Source: an uncultured Gemmatimonadales bacterium (GTDB taxonomy: Bacteria > Gemmatimonadota > Gemmatimonadetes > Longimicrobiales > RSA9). From it: a DNA stretch of 64,000 nucleotides. The notes beneath the pieces were generated by a model. That model did no database searches and was not told where the DNA came from. It worked only from the letters and a program-made list of their open reading frames with translations. Positions 9,443-18,581 of this stretch are shown here, one piece after another (the first letter of the stretch is position 1; each line of letters opens with the position of its first letter). The translations under genes and the position numbers were made by a program. Where the stretch lies: contig OY970192.1 in NCBI GenBank assembly GCA_963708135.1, positions 992,001 through 1,056,000 of the forward strand. Reading direction: 5' to 3'.

Positions 9443-11706
9443 ATCCCGAGCAGCGCGCGGCGGTGGAGCACTTCGAGGGGCCGTTGCTGGTCCTCGCGGG
9501 CGCGGGCTCGGGAAAGACGCGCGTGCTCACCACGCGCATCGTGCACCTGATCGAGGAGCAGGGCGTCGACCCGGCGGCCATCCTTGCCGTCACGTTCACG
9601 AACAAGGCGGCGGGCGAGATGCGGGCGCGCATCCGGCGGATGCTGGGGCACGAGCCGAGCGGGCTGTGGATGGGCACGTTCCATTCTGTTGGCGCGCGGC
9701 TCCTGCGCCGGCATGCGCCGCGTCTCGGCTGGTCGGCCAGCTTCAGCATCTACGACGCCGACCAGGCGCTGCGCGAGACGAAGCGGGCCATGGAGCGGCT
9801 CAACCTGCCGCTCAAGCGCTGGCATCCCAAGGCGGTCCACGCCGCCATCTCGTCCGCCAAGAACGCTCTGGTCGATCCGGATGCCTACGCGGCCACGGCG
9901 GCCGACGCCTTCACGCGCGCCGTGGCGCAGGTCTATCCGGCGTACCAGGCGGCGCTGAAGGAGCAGAACGCGTTCGACTTCGACGACCTCCTGGTCCAGC
10001 CCGTGGATCTCTTCGAGCGGCACCCCGATGTGCGCGCCGCCTATCAGCGGCGGTTCGAGTTCGTGCTCGTGGACGAGTACCAGGACACAAACCGAGCGCA
10101 GTACCGCCTGCTGCAACTGCTCGCCGAGAGCCACGAGAACCTGATGGTGGTCGGCGACGACGACCAGTCGATTTACGGCTGGAGGGGCGCCGACATCCGC
10201 AACATCCTGGACTTCGAGAAGGATTTCCCCGACGCCGTGGTGGTCCGGCTCGAGCGCAACTACCGCTCGACCTCCACCATCCTGGACGCCGCGAACCGCG
10301 TCATCTCCGAGAACCTCCGGCGCAAGGGGAAGACCCTACGGACGGATGCCGGTGCGGGTGAGCGGATCACCCGCCTCGAGGCGCTGGACGAGCACGACGA
10401 GGCGGCCTGGATCGCCACGGAGATCGAAACCCGGATGGCGGAGTCGGCCGACCGTACGCCACGGGATTTCGTCGTCCTCTACCGGACCAACGCGCAGTCG
10501 CGGGCGCTGGAGGAGGCGCTGCGCCGGCGTGACGTCCCGTACCAGATCGTCGGCGGTACGCGCTTCTACGAGCGGCGCGAGATCATGGACCTGCTGGCCT
10601 ATCTGCGCCTCGTGTCCAACCCGCGCGACGCCGGGGCGTTCGACCGGATCGTGAACTACCCGAGGCGCGGCATAGGCGACACGAGCAGGGCCCGCCTCCT
10701 GACGTGGGCGGCGGAGGCCGGGCTCTCGCCGCTTGAGGCCGCTGTCCGCGCCGGCGATGTCGATGGCCTCACCACCGCCGCCGCGCGCGCGCTCGCCGGC
10801 TTTGGCGAGATGATCCAGCGCTTCCGCGCGCTCGCGCTGCATGTGGGCGCGGGCGAGCTGATCGAGCGGCTGGTCGAGGAGACCGGGGTGCTCACCGCGC
10901 TGCGCGAGGAGGGGCCGGAGGGCGAGGACCGGATCGAGAACGTACGCGAGCTGGTGGCCGGCGCGCACGAGTTCGACGCCGGGGCGGATGCCTTCGCCGA
11001 GGCCGAGCCGGAGGACCTGGCGGCCGATGCCACCCCGCTCGACCTCTTCCTCCAGAAGGTCTCGCTGCTCACGGACGTGGACCGCCACGACCCGGATGCC
11101 CAGGCGGTGACCCTCATGACCCTGCACAACGCGAAGGGACTCGAGTTCCCGTACGTCTTCATCGGCGGGCTCGAGGACGGCCTCTTCCCGCTCGCCCGCG
11201 CCTACGACGAGCCGGATGCCCTCGAGGAGGAGCGGCGCCTGTTCTACGTCGGGCTCACGCGCGCCCGGCGGAAGGTCTACCTGAGCTATGCGCGCACCCG
11301 CCGGCGCGCCGGTGAGGTCATGCAGGGGATCCCGTCGAGCTTCCTCGCGCCGATCCCGCCGGAGCTCGTCGAGGAGCGGCTGACACCGGGGCTGGCGAGC
11401 ACGCGTTTCCGGCACGAGCAGCGCTGGCGTGGGGCGGGTGCGGATCGCTTCGGCGGCGGCCTTTCCGGTGGACGGCGCGCGCGTGGCGACCGGGTCGCGG
11501 ACGAGGGCCTCGTCATCGACTACACCGATGCGCAGGAGGCGCCCCGCTTCATCAAGGGGGAGCGGGTGCGACACCCGACCTTCGGTCGCGGGGTCATCCG
11601 CGAGCTGAGCGGCCTCGGCCGCGACACCAAGGCGGTGATCGAGTTCGACGGCGTGGGCCGCAAGAAGGTGGTGCTCCGCTACGCCAACCTGCAGAAGGAG
11701 CTGTGA
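9394..11706 (+). CDS. pcrA: PcrA/UvrD ATP-dependent DNA helicase (probable CTG start)
   Basis: LNPEQRAAV, LAGAGSGKT, VDEYQD, VGDDDQSIY, NYRS, MTLHNAKGLEF, C-terminal tudor-like domain. Confidence 0.95.
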   Translation: MVAEPSREESGPLAGLNPEQRAAVEHFEGPLLVLAGAGSGKTRVLTTRIVHLIEEQGVDPAAILAVTFTNKAAGEMRARIRRMLGHEPSGLWMGTFHSVGARLLRRHAPRLGWSASFSIYDADQALRETKRAMERLNLPLKRWHPKAVHAAISSAKNALVDPDAYAATAADAFTRAVAQVYPAYQAALKEQNAFDFDDLLVQPVDLFERHPDVRAAYQRRFEFVLVDEYQDTNRAQYRLLQLLAESHENLMVVGDDDQSIYGWRGADIRNILDFEKDFPDAVVVRLERNYRSTSTILDAANRVISENLRRKGKTLRTDAGAGERITRLEALDEHDEAAWIATEIETRMAESADRTPRDFVVLYRTNAQSRALEEALRRRDVPYQIVGGTRFYERREIMDLLAYLRLVSNPRDAGAFDRIVNYPRRGIGDTSRARLLTWAAEAGLSPLEAAVRAGDVDGLTTAAARALAGFGEMIQRFRALALHVGAGELIERLVEETGVLTALREEGPEGEDRIENVRELVAGAHEFDAGADAFAEAEPEDLAADATPLDLFLQKVSLLTDVDRHDPDAQAVTLMTLHNAKGLEFPYVFIGGLEDGLFPLARAYDEPDALEEERRLFYVGLTRARRKVYLSYARTRRRAGEVMQGIPSSFLAPIPPELVEERLTPGLASTRFRHEQRWRGAGADRFGGGLSGGRRARGDRVADEGLVIDYTDAQEAPRFIKGERVRHPTFGRGVIRELSGLGRDTKAVIEFDGVGRKKVVLRYANLQKEL

Positions 11707-11799
11707 TCTGCGACCGGGGCGGCGGAGGGCGGACCGTTCCGCGCCCCCGCTTACCCCGAATCCTGGTTCCTGATTCCCCGGGCGGCCCGGGGGGAGGGG

Positions 11800-12180
11800 A
11801 TGGACATGGCCGTCTCGCGCGAGGACGTGCTGCACGTGGCCCGCCTGGCCCGGCTGCGGCTCGAGACCGGGGAGGTGGAGCGCTTCACGGTTCAGCTGAA
11901 CGCGATCCTCTCGCACGTCGAGGAGCTCGCCGCGGTGGATGGCGCGGGGGCGGAAGAGATCGCCTGCGCGGCCGAGGGGGGCGCTCCGTTACGCGACGAC
12001 GCCGCGCCCGCGGACCCGCTGGCGAGGCCGCCGGCTGCCCTCGCGCCGGAATGGATGGACGGCTTCTACACCGTGCCGCGCCTGGCCGCCCTCGACGTCT
12101 CCGGCCCGGAGGAGCCCGCCGGCGGGGCGCCGCCGGACGCGGGGTCGGGCCCGGCCGCTCCGAGCGGGAGCGAGGCATGA
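11800..12180 (+). CDS. gatC: Asp/Glu-tRNA amidotransferase subunit C
   Basis: VSREDVLHVARLARL...LRDD...FYTVP; upstream of gatA. Confidence 0.9.
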   Translation: MDMAVSREDVLHVARLARLRLETGEVERFTVQLNAILSHVEELAAVDGAGAEEIACAAEGGAPLRDDAAPADPLARPPAALAPEWMDGFYTVPRLAALDVSGPEEPAGGAPPDAGSGPAAPSGSEA

Positions 12181-13637
12181 CCGAGGGCCTGCACATGCGG
12201 CCGCTGGCCGAGCTCGCGCACGAGGTCCAGGAGGGGCGGGCGCGCGCCCTCGACCACGTCCGCGCGGCGGCCACGGCCATCGCGCGGTCGGAGAACGGGC
12301 CGGACGCCCTGAACGCCTTCATCAGCTTCGGGTTCGAGGCGGCCGAGGCCGCGGCGGAGGCCGCCGACCGCGCGCTCACCCGTGGCGCCGAGGCGGCGCC
12401 GCTCGCGGGCGTGCCGCTGGCCGTGAAGGACAACATCTGCACGCTGGACTTCCCCACCACGTGCGGCTCCCGGATCCTTTCCGAGTACCGGTCGCCGTAC
12501 GAGGCCACGGCGATTCGCCGTCTCAGGGCCGCGGGCGCGGTCGTCGTCGGGAAGACGAACATGGACGAGTTCGCCATGGGCTCCTCGACGGAGAACTCCG
12601 CGTTCGGCCCGACCCGCAATCCGCACGACCGGACGCGGGTTCCGGGCGGCTCGTCGGGGGGCTCCGCGGCCGCCGTCGCGGCCGGGCTCGTGCCGGCGGC
12701 GCTCGGCTCCGAGACCGGTGGCAGCGTGCGGCAGCCGGCCGCGTTCTGCGGCGTTGTCGGGATCAAGCCGAGCTACGGGCGGGTGAGCCGCTACGGGCTG
12801 GTGGCGTTCGCGTCCTCGCTGGACCAGATCGGAACGTTCGGGCGGAGCGTCGCGGATGCCGCGCTCCTGCTCGAGGTGATCGGCGGCCCGGATCCCCTCG
12901 ATTCGACCAGCGGGGCCCACCCCGTGCCGCCGCTCGTGCCGGAGCTCGAGCGCGGAGTCGAGGGCCTCGTCGTCGGTGTGCCGCGAGAGTACTTCCCCGA
13001 CGCGCTCGACCCCGGGATGGCACGCCTGTGCAGGGCGGCGCTCGCGAAGCTCGAGGCGGCCGGCGCCGATCTGCGCGACGTCTCGCTGCCGCACACCGCG
13101 CACGCGATCCCGACCTATTACGTGATCGCGCCCGCCGAGGCGTCGAGCAACCTGGCCCGCTACGACGGCGTGCGGTACGGGCTCCGGGCGCGGGGGGCGC
13201 GGTCCACCCTCGGCGTCTACGAGGACACGCGCTCCGCCGGGTTCGGCGCCGAGGTGAAGCGCCGGATCATGCTCGGCACCTACGCGCTTTCCGCCGGCTA
13301 CCACGAGCAGTATTACGGCAGCGCGCTGCGTGTGCGGGCGCGCATCGTCGAGGACTTCCGCGCGGTCTTCGCTTCGGGCGTGGACGTGCTCTTCACGCCG
13401 ACGACGCCATCGACCGCCTTCGGGATCGGCGAGAAGGTGGAGGACCCCTACGAGATGTACCTCTCCGACATCTTCACGGTGACCGCGAACCTGGCCGGGA
13501 TCCCCGGGATCTCGGTGCCTATCGGGGAGCTGGAGGGGCTCCCCGTAGGGGGGCAGATCCTGGCCGACCGCTGGCAGGAGGCGACGATGGTGCGCGCCGC
13601 CGCCGCCCTGGAGCGCGCGCTCGCGGGGGCCGCGTGA
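12177..13637 (+). CDS. gatA: Asp/Glu-tRNA amidotransferase subunit A
   Basis: Amidase signature KDN, GGSSGGS, SETGGSVRQPA, SNLARYDG; ATGA overlap with gatC. Confidence 0.97.
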   Translation: MTEGLHMRPLAELAHEVQEGRARALDHVRAAATAIARSENGPDALNAFISFGFEAAEAAAEAADRALTRGAEAAPLAGVPLAVKDNICTLDFPTTCGSRILSEYRSPYEATAIRRLRAAGAVVVGKTNMDEFAMGSSTENSAFGPTRNPHDRTRVPGGSSGGSAAAVAAGLVPAALGSETGGSVRQPAAFCGVVGIKPSYGRVSRYGLVAFASSLDQIGTFGRSVADAALLLEVIGGPDPLDSTSGAHPVPPLVPELERGVEGLVVGVPREYFPDALDPGMARLCRAALAKLEAAGADLRDVSLPHTAHAIPTYYVIAPAEASSNLARYDGVRYGLRARGARSTLGVYEDTRSAGFGAEVKRRIMLGTYALSAGYHEQYYGSALRVRARIVEDFRAVFASGVDVLFTPTTPSTAFGIGEKVEDPYEMYLSDIFTVTANLAGIPGISVPIGELEGLPVGGQILADRWQEATMVRAAAALERALAGAA

Positions 13638-15085
13638 GCACCGGCGGCTGGGAGCCCGTGATCGGGCTCGAGATCCACGTGCAGCTCCGCACCCGCTCGA
13701 AGATGTTCTGCGGCAACTCCGCGCAGTTCGGGGCGGAGCCGAACAGCCACGTATGCCCCGTCTGCCTGGGGCTTCCCGGGGCGCTGCCGGTGATCAACGG
13801 ACACGCGGTGGAGCTGGCGGTGCGGGCCGCGCTCGGGCTCGAGTGCACGGTGCACGGCACCAGCATTTTCGCGCGCAAGAACTACTTCTATCCGGACCTG
13901 CCGAAGGGGTACCAGATCACACAGTTCGAGCGTCCACTCGCCACGGGCGGCGGGCTGGACGTGCCGCTCGCCACGGGGCAGGGCACGGAGATGCGCCGGG
14001 TGCGCATCCGTCGCATTCACCTGGAGGAGGACGCCGGCAAGTCACTGCACGACCGCTTCGCCGGCAGGACCGCCGTCGACCTGAACCGTGCCGGCGTGCC
14101 GCTCGTCGAGGTGGTGACGGAGCCGGACCTGGCCACTCCCGCCCATGCGCGCGTCTTCCTGGGCCGGCTCAAGCAGCTCATCGAGTACCTCGAGGTCAGC
14201 GACTGCGACATGGAGAAGGGCAGCCTGCGCGTGGACGCGAACGTCTCCGTCCGGCCCGCCGGCTCGAGCGCGCTCGGCACGAAGACGGAGGTGAAGAACA
14301 TGAACTCGTTTGCCAACGTCGAGCGCGCGCTGGAGTTCGAGATCGGACGTCAGCGCACCGTGCTCGCCGGGGGCGGCTCCGTCACGCACGAGACCCTGTT
14401 GTGGGATGATGCCCGCGCCGAGGCGCGTCCGATGCGCTCCAAGGAGGAGAGTCACGACTACCGCTACTTCCCCGAGCCGGACTTGCCCCCGCTGGTGCTC
14501 GAGCCGGCGCAGGTCGAGGCCGTGGCGCGGTCGCTTCCCGAGCTTCCCGCCGCCCGGGAGCGTCGCTTCAGGGAGGCCTACGGCCTGCCGGCCTACGACG
14601 CGGAGGTGCTCACGGGCAGCCGCGCGCTCGCCGACTACTTCGAGGCCGTCGCGGCAGGGACCCGGGATGCGAAGGCCGCGAGCAACTGGGTCATGACCGA
14701 GGTCCTCGCCGCGGCGAAGCAGCGCCAGTGCGGGCCCGCGGAGCTCCCCCTGTTGCCACAGGACCTGGGGCGGCTCATCGAGCTGGTGGCGGACGGCACG
14801 CTTTCGAACACGCTCGCCCGGCAGGTGTTTGGACGCGCGCTCGCGACGGGACGTGCGCCGGCGGAGATCGTCGTGGCGGACGGCCTCGCCCAGGAACGCG
14901 ACAGCGCGCAGATCGAGGCCTGGGCCGACGAGGTCGTCGCGGCCCACCCGGCGGAGGTGAAGCGCTACCGGTCCGGTGAGGAGAAGCTGCTCGCCTTCTT
15001 CATGGGGAAGCTGATGAAGAGATCGCGGGGGAGGGCCGACCCGGTCCAGGCCAGCGAGCTCCTGCGCCGGCGCCTGGGCGCCTGA
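13634..15085 (+). CDS. gatB: Asp/Glu-tRNA amidotransferase subunit B
   Basis: GLEIHVQL, RKNYFYPDLPKGYQITQ, LEEDAGK, DYRYFPEPDL; GTGA overlap with gatA. Confidence 0.97.
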   Translation: MSTGGWEPVIGLEIHVQLRTRSKMFCGNSAQFGAEPNSHVCPVCLGLPGALPVINGHAVELAVRAALGLECTVHGTSIFARKNYFYPDLPKGYQITQFERPLATGGGLDVPLATGQGTEMRRVRIRRIHLEEDAGKSLHDRFAGRTAVDLNRAGVPLVEVVTEPDLATPAHARVFLGRLKQLIEYLEVSDCDMEKGSLRVDANVSVRPAGSSALGTKTEVKNMNSFANVERALEFEIGRQRTVLAGGGSVTHETLLWDDARAEARPMRSKEESHDYRYFPEPDLPPLVLEPAQVEAVARSLPELPAARERRFREAYGLPAYDAEVLTGSRALADYFEAVAAGTRDAKAASNWVMTEVLAAAKQRQCGPAELPLLPQDLGRLIELVADGTLSNTLARQVFGRALATGRAPAEIVVADGLAQERDSAQIEAWADEVVAAHPAEVKRYRSGEEKLLAFFMGKLMKRSRGRADPVQASELLRRRLGA

Positions 15086-15115
15086 GCGGGTGCGCTTCTT
15101 GCCCGCCTGAGCCGC

Positions 15116-15409
15116 ATGCTCCTGACCATCATCGAGTTCGCCTTCGTCACTCTCGGAGTGAAGTTCCTGCTCGGGCTGGGCGTGATCTACGCGCTCTTCC
15201 CCGCCGACCCGAGCTGCCCCGCGTGCGATGCGGAAACGCTGCCGCTCGTGGCGAGGCGTGGACTGCGCCGGCTGTACCGCGCCTGCCGACTCCGGCGTCG
15301 CTGGTGCCCCCGCTGTGGTCTCGTCACGCTGACCCGCGCCGCGGAGGACGCGCGCCGCCTCCGGGGTCAGCCGGTGCGGCCGTCCAGCAGCGTGCGCTCG
15401 TCCCAGTAG
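15116..15409 (+). CDS. small membrane-anchored protein with putative zinc ribbon
   Basis: N-terminal hydrophobic helix, CPAC and CPRC pairs; overlaps convergent gene by 43 nt. Confidence 0.55.
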   Translation: MLLTIIEFAFVTLGVKFLLGLGVIYALFPADPSCPACDAETLPLVARRGLRRLYRACRLRRRWCPRCGLVTLTRAAEDARRLRGQPVRPSSSVRSSQ

Positions 15410-16284
15410 CGCCGCGCCGGAGCCGGGAGCGGGAAGAAGTCGTTGGCGATTTCCTCCAGCAGGATGGGGTCGCGCCACGCTCCCTCCCGCAGCGCCAGGC
15501 GCCGGACCTTCTTGGCGAGCTGCAGGTTGAAGTCGCCCACGGGATCGAGTCCCGCGGGCAGCGAGTCCCGGCGCCGGTTCAGGTAGTCCAGAACGAAGTC
15601 GAAGGAGAGGGACACGTAGGCGGCGACGGTATCGTCGCTCAGATCCCAGCGCGAGTTCTGGACCACCCGGTCGAAGACCGCTTGCCAGCGCTCGTTGTCC
15701 TGGAAGCGGATCATTCCGCGGAACAGTCGGCGGTTGGTCTCGAAGGAGAAGATCGTCCCGCTGAGCACGCGATCGAACAGCATGTCGGCTTCCCCGTGGT
15801 CGTAGTCCATCACGATCTCGCGGGCCAGCCCGCTGAAGCGCTCGCCCAGGTGCATGTCCATCCGGTGCTCCCAGTACGAGTGGCCGAGCGCCTTCGTCGA
15901 GCTCGTCACCAGGAGTTGCCGCGGCACGAAGAAGTTGTGGGCGATGGTGTCCGCCGCCAGGTGGGTGAGGTAGCCGAGCGCCACCGCGTGCAGCCGGTCG
16001 TTGTCCGCCTCGTCGAGCAGCTCCTCCCCGACGTGCCAGAAATGGCAGTGCCGCCCCGCGGGGACGTACTTCTTGGCGAAGGAGATGTCCGCCGCGACGG
16101 AGCCGTACAGGAAGCTCTGCGGGTGCACCCGCAGCAGCACGGCGAGCGCATCGGGGATGAGGTGCAGCGCGTCGAGCAGGCTCTGCCCGAGGAAGATGTG
16201 CGTAGCCGGGCCGAACGCCCAGGCGGCGTCCGGCAGGACGAGCAGGAGAACGAGCGCGCCGACGGCTACCAGCAGTGTGCGCAC
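15367..16284 (-). CDS. zinc-dependent phospholipase C family protein
   Basis: Signal peptide, then FGPATH, GSVAAD, H-x-H, GYLTHLAADTIAH, HSYWE metal ligands. Confidence 0.8.
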   Translation of the reverse strand: MRTLLVAVGALVLLLVLPDAAWAFGPATHIFLGQSLLDALHLIPDALAVLLRVHPQSFLYGSVAADISFAKKYVPAGRHCHFWHVGEELLDEADNDRLHAVALGYLTHLAADTIAHNFFVPRQLLVTSSTKALGHSYWEHRMDMHLGERFSGLAREIVMDYDHGEADMLFDRVLSGTIFSFETNRRLFRGMIRFQDNERWQAVFDRVVQNSRWDLSDDTVAAYVSLSFDFVLDYLNRRRDSLPAGLDPVGDFNLQLAKKVRRLALREGAWRDPILLEEIANDFFPLPAPARRYWDERTLLDGRTG

Positions 16285-16306
16285 GGCCGCGGTCCCCCGC
16301 CCGCCT

Positions 16307-16681
16307 TCAGCTCCGAACCCGGCGCGATGCCTTCCTGAGCGCCTTCTGCGCGTTCGAGACCTGCGCCTCGATGGCGCTCGCCAGCTCGTCGCGGGCGGAC
16401 GAGAGGATCTCGCCGACCTCCTCGCGGAAGTCGTCCAGCGTGTCGCGGCCGGCGTCCGCCAGCTCGCCGCCGCGCTCCACCACCGCGTCCGCGCTCCCCC
16501 GCACGCCCTTCCACGCGCGCCGGGCCCGCTTGCCCGCCTTCTTGCGCAGCGGCTTCAGCTCCTTCACCAGCTTCTCCGCACGCCCCCCGGACTGCGGGCT
16601 CAGGAGCAGCGTCGCGCCGACGCCGAGAATGGCGCCGATCGCGAAGGCGGTCACGAACTCGAACGTGTCCCGATCATCCAT
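16307..16681 (-). CDS. YtxH-domain protein
   Basis: FAIGAILGVGATLLLSP followed by amphipathic helical region; SD GGAGG upstream. Confidence 0.8.
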   Translation of the reverse strand: MDDRDTFEFVTAFAIGAILGVGATLLLSPQSGGRAEKLVKELKPLRKKAGKRARRAWKGVRGSADAVVERGGELADAGRDTLDDFREEVGEILSSARDELASAIEAQVSNAQKALRKASRRVRS

Positions 16682-16719
16682 CTCGACCTCCGTTCCAGTG
16701 CACGGTGCGGCGCACCGCC

Positions 16720-17211
16720 TTAGCGGCGATGCTTTTTCAGCGCCCTGGCGGACGCGTGCACACCGCGGGCCGCGGCGGTCGCATCGAGCAGCAGGTCTTC
16801 CGTTTCCTCCTGCACGATGTCGAGAACGGCGCCCAGGCGGCGGATCCGTCCGTCGGCGGCATCGGCCACCGTGCGCAGGTCCCGCTCGAGCCGCTCCAGC
16901 GTGTCGAGCAGCGACTCCGCGCGCTTGCGTACCTGCCGGCTTACGTCCGTCGCATCATCGGCGATCCGCGAGGCGGCGCCCAGGATCGGCTCCACCCGTG
17001 GCGAGAGGCGCTCCGCCTGCCGCTCGAGACGCTCCATCGTCCGCCGTAGCGCGCGGAGCGCCAGCACGCCCGCCACGCCGAGCCCGATCACGACCAGCGC
17101 CACCAGGCTCGTCGCCACGGCCATGATGATCTGCGCCCACGCAATCCGATCCACCATCGCCGCCAGGTCGGAGGGCGCCTGCAGGAGCGCCAGCGTTGCG
17201 AAATCGGTCAC
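16720..17211 (-). CDS. DUF948/YtxG-like single-TM coiled-coil protein
   Basis: One TM helix then heptad coiled coil; adjacent to YtxH gene. Confidence 0.7.
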   Translation of the reverse strand: MTDFATLALLQAPSDLAAMVDRIAWAQIIMAVATSLVALVVIGLGVAGVLALRALRRTMERLERQAERLSPRVEPILGAASRIADDATDVSRQVRKRAESLLDTLERLERDLRTVADAADGRIRRLGAVLDIVQEETEDLLLDATAAARGVHASARALKKHRR

Positions 17212-17238
17212 GGTGCTCTCCTGTGGGTGCGTCCGCGC

Positions 17239-17729
17239 TCACCCGAAGAGGTCGATCCCCGCGGTGCGCGCCCCGAGCTTCGGCACCAGCCCCACGCGCC
17301 GGCGCGCGAAGCGCGCCCGCTCCACCGCATCCCGGAGCATTCCACCCGCGGGCTCCGACACCCGCTCGAGCACGGAGGAAAGGTCTCGCCTCTCGTCGAA
17401 ATGCGCAATCAGCACGGCGTCCAGCCCCTCGATCCCGCCGACGGCCTCGGCCAGCACGCGCACGGGCGCCGGCGCGGACCACCCGCCCGTCAGGGCGGCC
17501 ACCTGGCTCGCCCACAGGTCGCCCAGCGACGTTCCTCTTCGGACGCGCCGCCACTCGCGCGCTGCACGCGCTCCGGTCCGAGCACCGCCTCGCACCAGCC
17601 GGCCACGAGCGACGCCTCCGGCCCGCCGTCGTCCAGCAGGATGAGGCCGGCGGCGCCCGCATCGTCGAGCGCCTGGCGCAGCACGCCGCCGACGATCGCG
17701 GCGATCCGCCCCGCGCGGGGGTCGCTCAC
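17239..17729 (-). pseudogene. degenerate NAD synthetase (NadE)-like gene split over two frames
   Basis: N-part LILLDDGGPEASLVA (PP-loop-like) in one frame; C-part LGDLWASQV...VPKLGARTAGIDLFG in another; junction near 17525-17535. Confidence 0.6.
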
Positions 17730-18581
17730 GGGCCGCGTTCCTCGAGGAGCCGGTCGAGCTCGGAGCGCATCCAGGCCGGGTCCTCATCGCGAAGGTGAGA
17801 GTACGGCCGGCGGCTGCGAGCGAGCGCATCGCGGTCGAGCGGCGCGGCGATCGTCGCCTCCTCCGACTCCGGCGCGCGCGCGACAACCTCGCCCGACGGA
17901 GCGACGATGAGGGAGCCGCCGGCGAAGCTCACGCCACCCTCGACGCCCACCCGGTTGGCCAGCCCGACGTAGATGCCGTAGAGCTGTGCAGTCGTCCTGG
18001 CGATCCGCTCCCAGACCGGCACGGAGGCGAAGCGCCCGCCGCTCTCACCGCCCTCCCAGACGCTGCGTCCGGGCGCGGCGGCGAGCACGAGCAGCAGGTC
18101 AATGCCGCGCATGGCCAGCAGGTAGGTGAGCGCCGGGTGCCAGAAGTCCTCGCACACCAGCAGCCCGACGCGCCAGCCGTCGCCGGCCTCGTAGGCGTCG
18201 AGCCGCCGGCCGCGACCGAAGAAGCGCATTTCGTCGAACATAGCCGTAGGTCGGCAGGTAGATCTTGCGGTGCCGGTGGAGCACGCGACCGCCTCGCAGG
18301 TGCGCCGCCGCATTGTAGACGACGCGGTCCTCGCCCATCTCGGGGAAGCCGAGTACCACGTCGCCTCCCTCCGCGGCCGGGCCGGCGAAGGCGGCCTCGG
18401 CGCCGGCGCGCGCGGCGACGGCGAGCCGCGCGGCGTCGTCGCCGAGATCGTAGCCGGTGAGCGAGAGCTCGGGCGTGAGCAGCAGGTCCGCACCCGCCGC
18501 CGCGGCCGCCTCGGCGATGCGGCGGGCGTTCTCTTCGGGCGCTCGCAGGCGCGGTGCGAGCTGATGAATGGCAAGGCGCAT
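17726..18581 (-). pseudogene. nitrilase-family C-N hydrolase (NadE glutaminase-like), frameshifted
   Basis: TPELSLTGY, HRKIYLPTYG in one frame; MFDE..., VCEDFWH, NRVGVE, FAGGS in the next; one extra base at 18242. Confidence 0.85.

Noticed and set aside
11703..15085. 644-aa and 1048-aa track ORFs suggesting extended or fused GatA/GatB
   Set aside because: The extensions are off-frame shadows of upstream genes; real starts overlap the preceding stops at 12177 and 13634.
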